DNA of 64,000 nucleotides from Ferruginibacter sp. (GTDB taxonomy: Bacteria; Bacteroidota; Bacteroidia; Chitinophagales; Chitinophagaceae): the NCBI GenBank assembly GCA_037045295.1, contig JBAOHS010000008.1:401171-465170 (forward strand), read 5' to 3'. Positions 50,781 through 61,296 of the stretch are shown here, piece by piece. The translations under genes and the position numbers were made by a program. Under the pieces are notes generated by a model. It was not told the origin of the DNA, ran no database searches, and saw only the letters and a program-made list of their open reading frames with translations. Numbering within the stretch: the first letter of the stretch is position 1; the number at the start of each line of letters is the position of its first letter.

Positions 50781-51539
50781 TTATATAATCCCCCAGCCAT
50801 CGCCTTTTTCAGCAGCATCTACTGAAAACTCACCGATCCTTGTCCGGCGTAACTGCGATAAATAAGCTCCACAGCCCAATGCTTGCCCGAAATCATGCGC
50901 TATACTCCGTATATACGTTCCCGTTGAACATACAATCCTGAAATGAACAACAGGCAATTCAATAGTGGTTAACTCAAATTCACTGATCCTTATCTTACGT
51001 GATTTTAGTTCAACCTCCTCTCCTCTCCTGGCCAGTTCGTACATCGGCGTTCCCTTTATTTTAATGGCAGAATAGATGGGCGGGAACTGATCAATTTCAC
51101 CGGTAAATTTTGCGGTAGTAGCGTGCAGCTCTTCAGCATTGATCATACTGAAATCTTTCTGCTGTTCCGGTAAACTCTCCAGGTCGTATGTAGGTGTTAC
51201 AGCACCCAATGTAAAAGTTCCGGTATACTCTTTTTCACTGGCCATGTACTCATTGATTTTCTTCGTGAATTTTCCGGTACAAACAATGAGTAACCCTGTA
51301 GCCAATGGATCCAGTGTTCCGGCATGACCCACTTTCTTGATACGTAATCGGTTCCTGATTTTGCGTACAACATCGAAAGAAGTCCAGTGAAGTGGCTTGT
51401 CTATCAGCAACACTTTACCTGCTTCAAACAATGCTCTTTCAGCTTCATCAAGCGGCGTTACTTCTTTTCTTTGAGGTTGCAGCAATCCTGTTTGCTCAAT
51501 ATGCTTCTGGCGGTATGTTTCTTTCCTGGCCAATATCAA
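50781..51539 (-). CDS. truB: tRNA pseudouridine(55) synthase
   Basis: KVGHAGTLDPLATG, CSTGTYIRSIAHD. Confidence 0.96.
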   Translation of the reverse strand: MILARKETYRQKHIEQTGLLQPQRKEVTPLDEAERALFEAGKVLLIDKPLHWTSFDVVRKIRNRLRIKKVGHAGTLDPLATGLLIVCTGKFTKKINEYMASEKEYTGTFTLGAVTPTYDLESLPEQQKDFSMINAEELHATTAKFTGEIDQFPPIYSAIKIKGTPMYELARRGEEVELKSRKIRISEFELTTIELPVVHFRIVCSTGTYIRSIAHDFGQALGCGAYLSQLRRTRIGEFSVDAAEKGDGWGII

Positions 51540-51573
51540 TTTTTCTGCGAAACTAAGCTTTTAGACATGAAGA

Positions 51574-52917
51574 TCAGATGGCTTGCCGTTTTTTAAGTTC
51601 CAGGTATTTGTTTACAGAATTAACAGTGAGATTTTCGGGAGAGGTAAGAACTGATAGTATACCATACTTCTGAAGCTCTTTAACGATCAGCCGTTTTTCA
51701 AAACTGAACTTTTCTGCAATGGTTTTTACATATACATCTTCCAGGCTTTTGGCTTCTGCATATGAAAGCTTTGTAAGTTCTGTATTCTCAAAGAAAACTA
51801 CCAGTAACAAATGATGACGGGCAATGGAACGGAGATAATTGAGCTGACGTTTCAGTCCGTTCAGTGATTCAAAGTTGGTATAGAGGATCAGCAGGCTGCG
51901 TTGTTTGATTTTACTTCTCACCTGCATGTACAGCATTTCGTAATCACTTTCGAGGAATGCAGTTTGTTGTTTGTATAAAACTTCGAGTATCTTATCCCGT
52001 TGTACAGGATTACGGCTGGCAGGAAGGGTTGCGCCCATTTTATCGGCAAATGTAAAAACGCCGATCTTATCCTGCTTCTGTAAACATACATTAGACAATA
52101 CCAATGTACTGTTGATCGCATAATCCAGTAATGTCAATCCCCCGAAAGGCATTTTCATCAACCTGCCTTTGTCGATGATACAAAATACCTGTTGTGATTT
52201 TTCATCGGTATAATTGTTGATCATCAGGTTCCCTTTCCTGGCAGTAGCTTTCCAGTTTACCGCACGAACATCATCACCGGTTACATATTCTTTGATCTGC
52301 TCAAACTCCATGCTATGGCCCAATTTGCGCAACTGTTTACTACCGTGTTCATTGATCATTGCTGCCTGAGCTGATATCTGGTACTTGCGAAGTTGCTGGA
52401 ATGATGGATATACCGCTACATCCTGTTCGGCACTAACGGCAAATCTCCTGGTAACAAGGCCCAGCATCGATTGAATGAATAATACAATCTGTCCGAATTC
52501 ATAAACACCTCTTTGTGTGGGTCTGATATTGTACTGCAATTGTTTCTCCTGCCTTGCATTGAACACTTTATACATGGAAAAGGCCCGTTCCTGGAACTGT
52601 TCGGGTAACTCATCTATTATATGTACCCTGATGGTGAAGTTCATGCGGTTTACAATCCTGATGGAAACTTTATTCTGATCTCCGTTGCTCAACCTTTCAC
52701 TCACCGTTCTTTTTGCTATCGGCGACCTTCCCAACCAGAAAAGAAAAACATAATCCAGTAATAGCAAAATCAGGAACGCATAGAAAATAATTTTTGCCAA
52801 CGGATATAAGGCGGGAATTAAAAACGAGACCAGAAACATTACAGCACAAATTCCTGCTGCGATGTAAAACCGCAGCGGCAGAAATAAATCTCCAATATAT
52901 TTTTTTATAAAATCCAA
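51574..52917 (-). CDS. DUF58 (vWA-like) protein
   Basis: EFEQIKEYVTGDDVRAVNWKATAR. Confidence 0.92.
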   Translation of the reverse strand: MDFIKKYIGDLFLPLRFYIAAGICAVMFLVSFLIPALYPLAKIIFYAFLILLLLDYVFLFWLGRSPIAKRTVSERLSNGDQNKVSIRIVNRMNFTIRVHIIDELPEQFQERAFSMYKVFNARQEKQLQYNIRPTQRGVYEFGQIVLFIQSMLGLVTRRFAVSAEQDVAVYPSFQQLRKYQISAQAAMINEHGSKQLRKLGHSMEFEQIKEYVTGDDVRAVNWKATARKGNLMINNYTDEKSQQVFCIIDKGRLMKMPFGGLTLLDYAINSTLVLSNVCLQKQDKIGVFTFADKMGATLPASRNPVQRDKILEVLYKQQTAFLESDYEMLYMQVRSKIKQRSLLILYTNFESLNGLKRQLNYLRSIARHHLLLVVFFENTELTKLSYAEAKSLEDVYVKTIAEKFSFEKRLIVKELQKYGILSVLTSPENLTVNSVNKYLELKKRQAI

Positions 52918-52952
52918 ACTGATTTCGAATTTGACTGTTGTTTCTTTACAAA

Positions 52953-53930
52953 TTAACGAGGCACTTCAACGGTCTTCATGATGCTTTCAATCAATTCATC
53001 CGGACTGATACCTTCCATCTCTTTTTCTGGCGTCAGCATGATTCTGTGACGAAGCACATGTGGCGCCATACTGATAACATCTTCCGGTATCACAAAATCG
53101 CGGCCATTGATGGCAGCAAAAGCTTTTGATGCTTTGAGTAAAGACAAGGAAGCCCTTGTTGATGCACCAAGAAATAAGGATGGATTGTTCCTTGTTTCGT
53201 TGATGATCATGGCGATGTATTCCACCAGCCGTGGTTCTATGCGCACTTCACGAACAATATTCCTGAAACGCCCGATCGCCTGTGGGGAAAGAACTTTATT
53301 CACTTCCTGTAACAATTCATTTTGCGAACGGCTTTGCTGATTGCGCAGAATAGAAATTTCTTCCTGCAGCGTTGGATAGTTCACCTGAATTTTAAACAGG
53401 AAACGATCCAGTTGTGCTTCGGGCAACCGATAAGTTCCTTCCTGTTCTACCGGGTTCTGTGTTGCCAGTACAATGAAAGGATGCTCCATAAAGTGCGTAT
53501 AGCCGTCAACGGTAACCTGCCGTTCTTCCATTACTTCAAACAAGGCCGCCTGTGTTTTTGCCGGTGCACGATTGATCTCATCAATCAAAACAATATTGCT
53601 GAATACGGGCCCTGGTTTAAAAGTAAAAGCCGCTTCTTTAGGATTGAAGATGGCCGTTCCGATTACATCACTCGGCATCATATCGGGAGTAAACTGTAAC
53701 CTCGAAAACTTCACATCAATGATCTTCGCAACGAGCTTTGCGGCGAGTGTTTTGGCAACACCGGGCACACCCTCGATGAGGATATGACCATCACAAAGTA
53801 ACCCGATGAGCAACAGGTCTACCATCTGGTGCTGACCAACAATAACTTTTGAAATTTCCTGCCGGATATTACCCAGTGCTGTATTCAGCTCTGTGATATC
53901 ACTGTGTTCCTGGAATAAATTTTCTTCCAT
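52953..53930 (-). CDS. MoxR family AAA+ ATPase
   Basis: EGVPGVAKT, RLQFTPDMMPSD, DEINRAPAKTQAALFE, ATQNPVEQEGTY. Confidence 0.96.
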   Translation of the reverse strand: MEENLFQEHSDITELNTALGNIRQEISKVIVGQHQMVDLLLIGLLCDGHILIEGVPGVAKTLAAKLVAKIIDVKFSRLQFTPDMMPSDVIGTAIFNPKEAAFTFKPGPVFSNIVLIDEINRAPAKTQAALFEVMEERQVTVDGYTHFMEHPFIVLATQNPVEQEGTYRLPEAQLDRFLFKIQVNYPTLQEEISILRNQQSRSQNELLQEVNKVLSPQAIGRFRNIVREVRIEPRLVEYIAMIINETRNNPSLFLGASTRASLSLLKASKAFAAINGRDFVIPEDVISMAPHVLRHRIMLTPEKEMEGISPDELIESIMKTVEVPR

Positions 53931-55150
53931 TATTTTCTGATTTTATAAAATTGCTGAATCTGTTCGTTTAAAGTTAATAGTTCATAATCATCCACCGTCG
54001 CTTTAGCTGAAACGGTGTCGATCGCTTTGTACAATGCGGTGGTTTTTTCAAGGGAAACGCCACTTTTCCTGCTCAGAGAATTAAGAAAATCCTCACTGCC
54101 CGGTGTGCCAGTAAGGAAATAATGACTGCGGATATGTTCATTAAAATAGGCAATCATTTTATCAGACAGGTTTTTATTGTCCTTTTGCTGAAGATACAAC
54201 CTTGCAATCGTTTCTGTGAAAGCTACAGAACTGTTTACATTAGGTTTTAACTGACGGATGATGCGTTGTTTTCTTTTTCCACTGAATAAAATATACAAAA
54301 TCAATAAGGCCAGAACCAGCCAGAATGCTGAGGCCAACGGCGGATACTTCATGATTTCGCTGAAACTGGAGAAACCCTTGCTGCTGTTTTCATTACCGGA
54401 TCCTGCCCTGTTCTTTTTGGCATAATATTCATTCCAGTAAATATTTGCAGGATTAGATTGCAACAGCTGCAATAACTGTTGCATATACAGATAGTTCTTT
54501 CCTGTTAAAAGAAAATAATTGCTGAAAGCCCTGGCATCGGTATGCAGTAACATTCTACCCTTACCCCAGTAAAACATAATACAATTCGGGTCGCCATTAC
54601 TATTATATCCCAATACCCTGCAATAACCCTCGTTGATTTCGGAGAATCCGGATGAAAAAGGTAAATAAAAGTACCTGAATATTTCTCCGGATACATTTAC
54701 CTGTGGAATCAAACGAACAGAGTCATATCTTAAACCCGGTTCCAGAATAAAATCCAACTTCCCTGTATTAATTGTTTTACAGTACAACCTTTTTAAGAAA
54801 CTACTATCAATATTAGACGAAGCGAGGAAGAATGTATTGCCATTGTAAACGTAATCCAGAATGGCATCCGCATCCAGACTATCTGCATAAAAATTTTTGC
54901 TGATCACACAATACAAAGCTCCTGAATCAGACATTGAAATCATATCTGTATAAGCAGAATACTTTGTATGATGAATAAAATTATCCGGAAAACTATTTTG
55001 CAAAATACTGCTGGCAATATAACCGCCAAAGGGTCGCTTGTCGGAAGGCAGATAAGTTTCCCGCAGGTCTTTACCCGGATCATTGCTGCGGGAGCAACTA
55101 TTCAGCAGAACCGCGATCAAAATGATATATAAAAATAGTGAGCCCCTCAA
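53930..55150 (-). CDS. DUF4350-like membrane-associated protein
   Basis: DKRPFGGY, FSNYFLL, FTETIARLY; position in the MoxR cluster. Confidence 0.75.
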   Translation of the reverse strand: MRGSLFLYIILIAVLLNSCSRSNDPGKDLRETYLPSDKRPFGGYIASSILQNSFPDNFIHHTKYSAYTDMISMSDSGALYCVISKNFYADSLDADAILDYVYNGNTFFLASSNIDSSFLKRLYCKTINTGKLDFILEPGLRYDSVRLIPQVNVSGEIFRYFYLPFSSGFSEINEGYCRVLGYNSNGDPNCIMFYWGKGRMLLHTDARAFSNYFLLTGKNYLYMQQLLQLLQSNPANIYWNEYYAKKNRAGSGNENSSKGFSSFSEIMKYPPLASAFWLVLALLILYILFSGKRKQRIIRQLKPNVNSSVAFTETIARLYLQQKDNKNLSDKMIAYFNEHIRSHYFLTGTPGSEDFLNSLSRKSGVSLEKTTALYKAIDTVSAKATVDDYELLTLNEQIQQFYKIRK

Positions 55151-55155
55151 GTCAT

Positions 55156-56001
55156 TCAGATTTTTGCATTGAACCCGTTAAATAAATTTGCTATCTGCCC
55201 ATATTGTTCCTGGTTGATATCGATATGGCCATACCACACATAATCATAATTCAATACAAGTGCGGTAAAAGGCTTTCTTTTTTCAGCTTCAATTTCATTT
55301 ACATACTGGTAATTCGTTTTCTCGGCCGCCAATGACAGAGATCCTTTTTCGGATAGGCGTTGCAGTGTGTTTAAAAAATGAAAACGTACGGCCAGCCTGT
55401 AGTCTCCCTTACCAACTGCCTTACTGATCATTGATGGATAATCGGAATCATCAGGCAGTTTGTCTTCCTCACTGATTTCATTTACAGTTTTTGCCGAAAC
55501 ATTTCTGCTGAACACGCCATTACTGAGGAATATCCTGTACAGTATAAACAATACAAATGCGATGGCAAGTCCCCAGAAAATAACGGATGCTCCTGAAGAC
55601 GATAAAAAATTCTGCAGAAATGAATCACTACCCGAACTATCCACTATCGGTGCAGACGACTGATCAGATTTTTTCTCTTCATGGGCTTTGTGTAATAAAC
55701 TATCCAGTTCATTGATATAGGCCAGTTCTTTTTTCCAAGCCCTGATGGTATCAGTGGGAATGTTCACAGAACGAATGTATAATGTAGTATCACTCTGAAT
55801 ATAGGTTTCATAGGGATCTGTATCAACCGCTTCCGTTTCTTCACTGGCCGGAAAATGTGCCTCCTGGTTTAAAGGCTTATCATTCATATTGGTTTCACCT
55901 TCCAATAAAGATGAATCGGTATACTCATAACCGGGTTGCTGGGCAACTACATTAATGGCAGCGCCGAGCAACAGCAGGAATATAAAAAGCCCTTTATACA
56001 T
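55156..56001 (-). CDS. DUF4129-like membrane protein
   Basis: GDYRLAVRFHFL...EKTNYQY...YVWYG. Confidence 0.78.
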   Translation of the reverse strand: MYKGLFIFLLLLGAAINVVAQQPGYEYTDSSLLEGETNMNDKPLNQEAHFPASEETEAVDTDPYETYIQSDTTLYIRSVNIPTDTIRAWKKELAYINELDSLLHKAHEEKKSDQSSAPIVDSSGSDSFLQNFLSSSGASVIFWGLAIAFVLFILYRIFLSNGVFSRNVSAKTVNEISEEDKLPDDSDYPSMISKAVGKGDYRLAVRFHFLNTLQRLSEKGSLSLAAEKTNYQYVNEIEAEKRKPFTALVLNYDYVWYGHIDINQEQYGQIANLFNGFNAKI

Positions 56002-57013
56002 CTTTATTGTTTAACCTGGAAACGATCCCGTCGTCTTTAATCAACCGACCCTTTTTAGAAAGCCGGATGGGATAAATTACAAAATACCAGAGGATGAGCA
56101 GAAATGAACCAGTAAGTATGAGTATACTAACGGGAACGGGCATCCCATTGGAAGCTTTGCTGTAAGTCTGACTCATCAGCCTGGTGATATATCCTTCAAA
56201 AAAAGCGGCAAGGATGAAAAATGGTATTAATGAAAGCAGAATTTTTACAGCATCTTTAGCATTGCGTTTAAAAGATTCGAATCTGCTGTAAGTTCCCGGG
56301 AACAGGATTCCGTTTGCGAGTACAAATCCGGCTGCGCCTGCAATGATGATAGACGAAATTTCTATCACACCGTGAATCCACACTACCAGGATTGAGTTAA
56401 TGCCCAGTTCATTGGCAAAAAACAACTGATGAAAACTGCCCAGCATAATGCCGGTATCCCACATCATTTTAAGCGTAAAAAATCCCAATGTAAATCCACC
56501 CAGGAAGGTTCTGAAAGCAACCTGGATATTGTTAAAAGCAATTTCAATAAACATATTGAATTGCGACATAGAACTATAAACACCAAATGGATTTCCATTG
56601 GCAATATTGTCTTCCGTTCTGTTTACATAGGCATCTCCCAAAACGCCACGAACAAAATCAGGATCATTGGCTGATGAGAGGTATCCAACAACAACGAACA
56701 GGACAAAAATGATCGTAGTAAAAAGAAAAACGCGGTGATACTTTCTGAAAATCAGCGGGAGTTCATATTTCCAGAAACCGAAAATGCGACTGTACTTTTC
56801 TTTTTTATTGCGGTAGATGCTCTGGTAAATAGATGCAGTGATGCCATTGATCCAACGGGTTGCTTTACTTTTCGGATAAAAAGTTTTTGCATAAGACAGA
56901 TCATCAATCAATGTTATAAACCGCTCAGCTGTTTCATCAGGATTCCTGGTTTCTTCATGCTGGTAAGTTTTCCATTTTTCAGCATTCTTCTTAATGAACA
57001 TTGCTTCTCTCAT
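55994..57013 (-). CDS. Stage II sporulation protein M (SpoIIM)-like membrane protein
   Basis: MREAMFIKKN, DLSYAKTFYP, NNIQVAF, IHGVIEI, AAFFEGYIT. Confidence 0.88.
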   Translation of the reverse strand: MREAMFIKKNAEKWKTYQHEETRNPDETAERFITLIDDLSYAKTFYPKSKATRWINGITASIYQSIYRNKKEKYSRIFGFWKYELPLIFRKYHRVFLFTTIIFVLFVVVGYLSSANDPDFVRGVLGDAYVNRTEDNIANGNPFGVYSSMSQFNMFIEIAFNNIQVAFRTFLGGFTLGFFTLKMMWDTGIMLGSFHQLFFANELGINSILVVWIHGVIEISSIIIAGAAGFVLANGILFPGTYSRFESFKRNAKDAVKILLSLIPFFILAAFFEGYITRLMSQTYSKASNGMPVPVSILILTGSFLLILWYFVIYPIRLSKKGRLIKDDGIVSRLNNKDV

Positions 57014-57157
57014 GATACTGCGCTGTTGCATCCGCAGCTCATGGTTTCACTGCAGGCAAATCCGGGCGCCGGATTCTTTTTCTATTACAATATGCTGCAT
57101 TTTTGATAAATAAAAAAATATGCTTTTCGTGTTGGTTCATAGTATATTGCAGTTACC

Positions 57158-57943
57158 ATGTCTGTAATCAGAATTACAACGGCATTTAACATCGACCTTG
57201 AATTTGAACTCGCTGCATTTCATAAAAGGTTGCTGGCATACCTGGTAGACTATGCCCTGCTGATCATATACCTGTTCAGCATGAAATATGTTTTGTATGA
57301 AGGTTTTGAAATAAGTATGCAGGAGAACATCGGTCTCGACATATTGGTTGTTTCACTGCCTATGTTATTGTATTCCCTGCTGATGGAATTATGGATGAAC
57401 GGACAAACCCTGGGAAAAAAAATAATGAAAATCCGTGTCATCAGCCTTGATGGCGGAGAAGCAACGCTCGGGCAATACATCACCCGATGGATCACCAAAT
57501 TTTTTGAATGGCCGTTTTTATTCGGCTATGTAATATTAACCGGAACTACTTTGATGTTCTATATTATCATCACGGGTATTTTCGGCATTGCAGTACTCAT
57601 TACCATTGCTGTAACACCCAAGGGGCAACGTTTGGGTGATCTGGCAGCAGGAACGGTAGTGGTTGATACAAAATCGGCCATGAGCATAGAAGACACTGTA
57701 TTCATGGAAGTTCAGACGCAGAATTACCAGGTGACTTTCCCGCAGGTAATGCGTTTAAGCGATGGCGATATCAATACCATTAAAACGGTTCTCACACAGG
57801 CACGAAAAACCAACAATGATGAAATGTGCTACCGTGTTGAAGCCAAAGTAAAAGAAGTACTCGGCATACAATCCGTTTTATACCCTACCACTTTCCTGGA
57901 AAAATTACTGGAAGATTATAATTATCTCGCCACCCGGGAATAA
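57158..57943 (+). CDS. RDD family protein
   Basis: RLLAYLVD, GQTLGKKIMKIRV, QRLGDLAAGTVVV. Confidence 0.92.
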   Translation: MSVIRITTAFNIDLEFELAAFHKRLLAYLVDYALLIIYLFSMKYVLYEGFEISMQENIGLDILVVSLPMLLYSLLMELWMNGQTLGKKIMKIRVISLDGGEATLGQYITRWITKFFEWPFLFGYVILTGTTLMFYIIITGIFGIAVLITIAVTPKGQRLGDLAAGTVVVDTKSAMSIEDTVFMEVQTQNYQVTFPQVMRLSDGDINTIKTVLTQARKTNNDEMCYRVEAKVKEVLGIQSVLYPTTFLEKLLEDYNYLATRE

Positions 57944-57949
57944 TACTGT

Positions 57950-58375
57950 TTATTGTCTGGTTGCTATTGCCGATAGCCCGATGATGATTGCAATGGTAAT
58001 GAATACAAGGGCAATGATGGTGAAGATACCCGTTATTTTAAAATACTTTGTCAGTTTAGCCAACCCCATATTAAACAATTCCTGGTCATAACCTGCGATC
58101 GAAGATTTTAGTTTACCCGTTGCCGATAGCAATGTTGTATTGAGCAGCAGCGACAGCAGTGCAGCAAAAATAGCTGTGGTAAAGGATGAGATAGCATCCG
58201 GGGCTTCAGGAAATTTTACTGCCGTATATATATTCGATGAAAAGGAACATACCATCGCCAAAAGGCTCAGGATGGCATTCCATCTTGCCCATTGAGCTAT
58301 CTGCGATAATTCATTTAATCCTTCATCATTCAGCTCAGCCTGCGGTTGAATATTATTTAATAAATCTTCTGTCAT
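57950..58375 (-). CDS. DUF5362-like membrane protein
   Basis: L....L.QIAQWARW...KYFKITG pattern; paralogous to the next gene. Confidence 0.6.
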   Translation of the reverse strand: MTEDLLNNIQPQAELNDEGLNELSQIAQWARWNAILSLLAMVCSFSSNIYTAVKFPEAPDAISSFTTAIFAALLSLLLNTTLLSATGKLKSSIAGYDQELFNMGLAKLTKYFKITGIFTIIALVFITIAIIIGLSAIATRQ

Positions 58376-58821
58376 GCTATCAGTTTTGAAATGATTCCCA
58401 TCAGGTTAATCAACAGAATTAAACCGGAAAAGATGGTCGTGATGATAAAGTAAATTTTCAAAGATCTTAACCCATCGTTTACAAGCGTGGCAGATTCAGT
58501 TTCAAACCCTTTTTTAATGCTGACCGAAAACTTAAAAAGAAAATAGTAGATCGCAGCAATGATTGCAATCACAGCTATAATCATACTAAAAAAAAACCAG
58601 AACCTCGCCCCACTACTTTCTCCGATACCCATTTCACGATTCAGGTAAAAGACCATTTTATCTTTGGCTGCAAAGAGAAAAATAAACAGCATGGCACCGA
58701 GCGAAAAAACAGAAACGGAAATAAATTTAGTCCACCTGCTTGTTTTGTAAAGACTGGTTCTGGATTCATCATCGAGTTTTAATCCAAACTCAGAGAGACT
58801 ATCTTGAATTTTTTGTTCCAT
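58372..58821 (-). CDS. DUF5362-like membrane protein
   Basis: LYKTSRWTKFISV...LKIYF. Confidence 0.6.
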   Translation of the reverse strand: MEQKIQDSLSEFGLKLDDESRTSLYKTSRWTKFISVSVFSLGAMLFIFLFAAKDKMVFYLNREMGIGESSGARFWFFFSMIIAVIAIIAAIYYFLFKFSVSIKKGFETESATLVNDGLRSLKIYFIITTIFSGLILLINLMGIISKLIA

Positions 58822-58836
58822 GTAAATAGGATTAAT

Positions 58837-58864
58837 AAAAAAGCTGTTGATTGATCAACAGCTT
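58837..58864 (-). terminator. Terminator after proS
   Basis: AAGCTGTTGA-TTGA-TCAACAGCTT with an adjacent A-run. Confidence 0.75.
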
Positions 58865-58889
58865 AAATATAATAAACAGTTTGAAATGA

Positions 58890-60368
58890 TTAGTAAGCCC
58901 GGGCAAATAAAACTCTTTGCGTGCTGGCATTTCCTGTCAATATGCATTTCCCCGCTTCCTGTTCATTGTTGAGTGGAATGCAGCGGATAGTGGCCTTGGT
59001 TAATTCTTTTATTTTTTCTTCGGTATCACCCGTTCCATCCCAATGAGCAGCAACAAAGCCTGCTTTCTCATCCAGCAATTGTACAAACTCATCCCAGCTA
59101 TCGGCCTTGCGTATATTTTCATTGCGGAAGTTTAAGGCCTTGTTGAAAATATATTGCTGAATTTCTTCAAGCAGATTTTTGATGTACTCACCCAGTCCAT
59201 CAATTGAAACCGTTTTCTTTTCTTTCGTATCCCTGCGGGCAATTTCTACCACATTGTTTTCAAGATCACGCAATCCCAATGCAACCCTTACCGGAACTCC
59301 TTTCAATTCATACTCTGCAAATTTCCATCCTGGTCGGGCATGATCACTGTTGTCGTATTTTACTGAAATGCCCAGCGCTTTGAGTTCTTTGGTTATTGCT
59401 GCAACTTTCTCATCTATCACTGCTTTGCTTTCTTCTCCTTTATAAATCGGAACAATCACAACCTGTAATGGAGCAATCCTTGGCGGCATGATCAAACCCT
59501 GGTCATCGCTGTGTGCCATGATCAGTGCACCGATCAGCCTGGTAGATACACCCCAGCTTGTTGCCCAAACATATTCCTGCTTGTTTTCTTTGTTCAGAAA
59601 CTGTACATCAAATGCTTTGGCAAAGTTTTGTCCGAGGAAATGTGAAGTTCCTGCCTGCAACGCTTTTCCATCCTGCATCAGCGCTTCGATGCAATAAGTA
59701 TCTTCTGCTCCTGCAAATCTTTCATTGGCCGTTTTAACTCCTTTGATCACCGGTACTGCCATATAGTTTTCTACAAAATCTGCATATACATCCAGCATCT
59801 TACGGGTCTCTTCTACTGCTTCTTCTTTGGTAGCATGTGCAGTATGACCTTCCTGCCACAGAAATTCTGCGGTACGAAGGAACAAGCGGGTACGCATCTC
59901 CCATCTGACCACATTGGCCCACTGGTTTACAAGAATAGGAAGATCACGGTAAGATTGTATCCAACCTTTGTAAGTATTCCAGATGATGGCTTCACTGGTT
60001 GGCCTGATGATCAGTTCTTCTTCCAATTTTGCATCCGGATCTACCATCAGTTTTCCTTTATTGTTGGGATCCGTTTTCAATCGGTAATGCGTAACGATGG
60101 CACATTCTTTGGCAAATCCTTCAGCATTTTTTTCTTCTGCTTCAAACAAACTTTTTGGCACAAACAAGGGAAAATAGGCATTCACATGGCCTGTTTCCTT
60201 AAACATCCTGTCGAGTTCATCCCGCATGTTTTCCCATAAGGCATAACCATAAGGTTTAATCACCATACATCCACGAACAGCTGAATAATCTGCCAGTTCA
60301 CCTTTCAGCACCAGGTCGTTGTACCATTGAGAGTAGTCCTTTTCCCTCGAAGTAATTTCTTTGCTCAT
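58890..60368 (-). CDS. proS: Prolyl-tRNA synthetase (archaeal/eukaryote-like type typical of Bacteroidetes)
   Basis: [55 protein letters not shown]-terminal FARAY. Confidence 0.98.
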   Translation of the reverse strand: MSKEITSREKDYSQWYNDLVLKGELADYSAVRGCMVIKPYGYALWENMRDELDRMFKETGHVNAYFPLFVPKSLFEAEEKNAEGFAKECAIVTHYRLKTDPNNKGKLMVDPDAKLEEELIIRPTSEAIIWNTYKGWIQSYRDLPILVNQWANVVRWEMRTRLFLRTAEFLWQEGHTAHATKEEAVEETRKMLDVYADFVENYMAVPVIKGVKTANERFAGAEDTYCIEALMQDGKALQAGTSHFLGQNFAKAFDVQFLNKENKQEYVWATSWGVSTRLIGALIMAHSDDQGLIMPPRIAPLQVVIVPIYKGEESKAVIDEKVAAITKELKALGISVKYDNSDHARPGWKFAEYELKGVPVRVALGLRDLENNVVEIARRDTKEKKTVSIDGLGEYIKNLLEEIQQYIFNKALNFRNENIRKADSWDEFVQLLDEKAGFVAAHWDGTGDTEEKIKELTKATIRCIPLNNEQEAGKCILTGNASTQRVLFARAY

Positions 60369-60576
60369 ATAATGCTTTTATCTGTCTCTGATTAAAAAAA
60401 GAAGTTCTTGTTTCAGCGGAATTTTCAGCCTTTTCAAGCCCGGTTTTACTTTAGCACATCTTTAACAGCAAACCTTTCTGAATGAACGTCTTACCCATAT
60501 AGCTTTGTGCAGTAACCTTCGCCGAAACCGCACAAAAGTAATAACTTCAAACTATAATCCTTTTAATCGTTGCGCC

Positions 60577-61203
60577 ATGAATCTTAAAATTTTACTTTTC
60601 CTTGCTTCATCAGCGGTATTTGCCAGTTGCAGCAATAGTTACAAGAGTACACAAACACCCGATGATGTGTATTATTCCCCGGTAAGAAATATCGAAGAAG
60701 ACAGTAAGAAAGAGGAGGAAACAAGGGTAACCCGTTACAGAAGTTCAGAAGATCGTGAAATAATCATGTCGAGGTACGACAGGCGTTGGCGGGATTTTGA
60801 TGACGATTTCAATTGTCATTACAATCCTTACCGTTATGGTTACAGTTACGGCTATTACTACAATCCCTATTATTACCCCGCTCCTGTTTTCATCAGCAAT
60901 ACACCGATCAGGAATCCAAAAAACACAACGCCGAGGATGACCAATCTCGGCAGTTATCAATACAGTGCTACCCGATATGTGGATCCGAAAACAGGAACCG
61001 GACAATGGATCTACACCGGAAGAAAATACAACAACAGCAATAACAGCAACAGCAGGCGCATTATTACTCCATCGTACGATAATAACAACAATTCAAATAA
61101 CCGGTCAGACAATAATACCAGGTCTTATACACCTTCAACCAATTCGTCTTCCGGTGGAAGCAAAAGTTCAGGCACTCCTGTCAGCCGTCCGGGCAGAGGT
61201 TAA
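60577..61203 (+). CDS. Lipoprotein with a Tyr-rich core and an Asn/Ser-rich low-complexity tail
   Basis: Lipobox VFASC; DDVYYSP motif. Confidence 0.8.
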   Translation: MNLKILLFLASSAVFASCSNSYKSTQTPDDVYYSPVRNIEEDSKKEEETRVTRYRSSEDREIIMSRYDRRWRDFDDDFNCHYNPYRYGYSYGYYYNPYYYPAPVFISNTPIRNPKNTTPRMTNLGSYQYSATRYVDPKTGTGQWIYTGRKYNNSNNSNSRRIITPSYDNNNNSNNRSDNNTRSYTPSTNSSSGGSKSSGTPVSRPGRG

Positions 61204-61296
61204 ACTGCTGCCAAACCAATCTGCTCAAATGAGAAAGCCGGTTTCATTTATCCGGACTGTACCGGAGTGTACGTCCTTTATCAAATTTTTCCAGAT

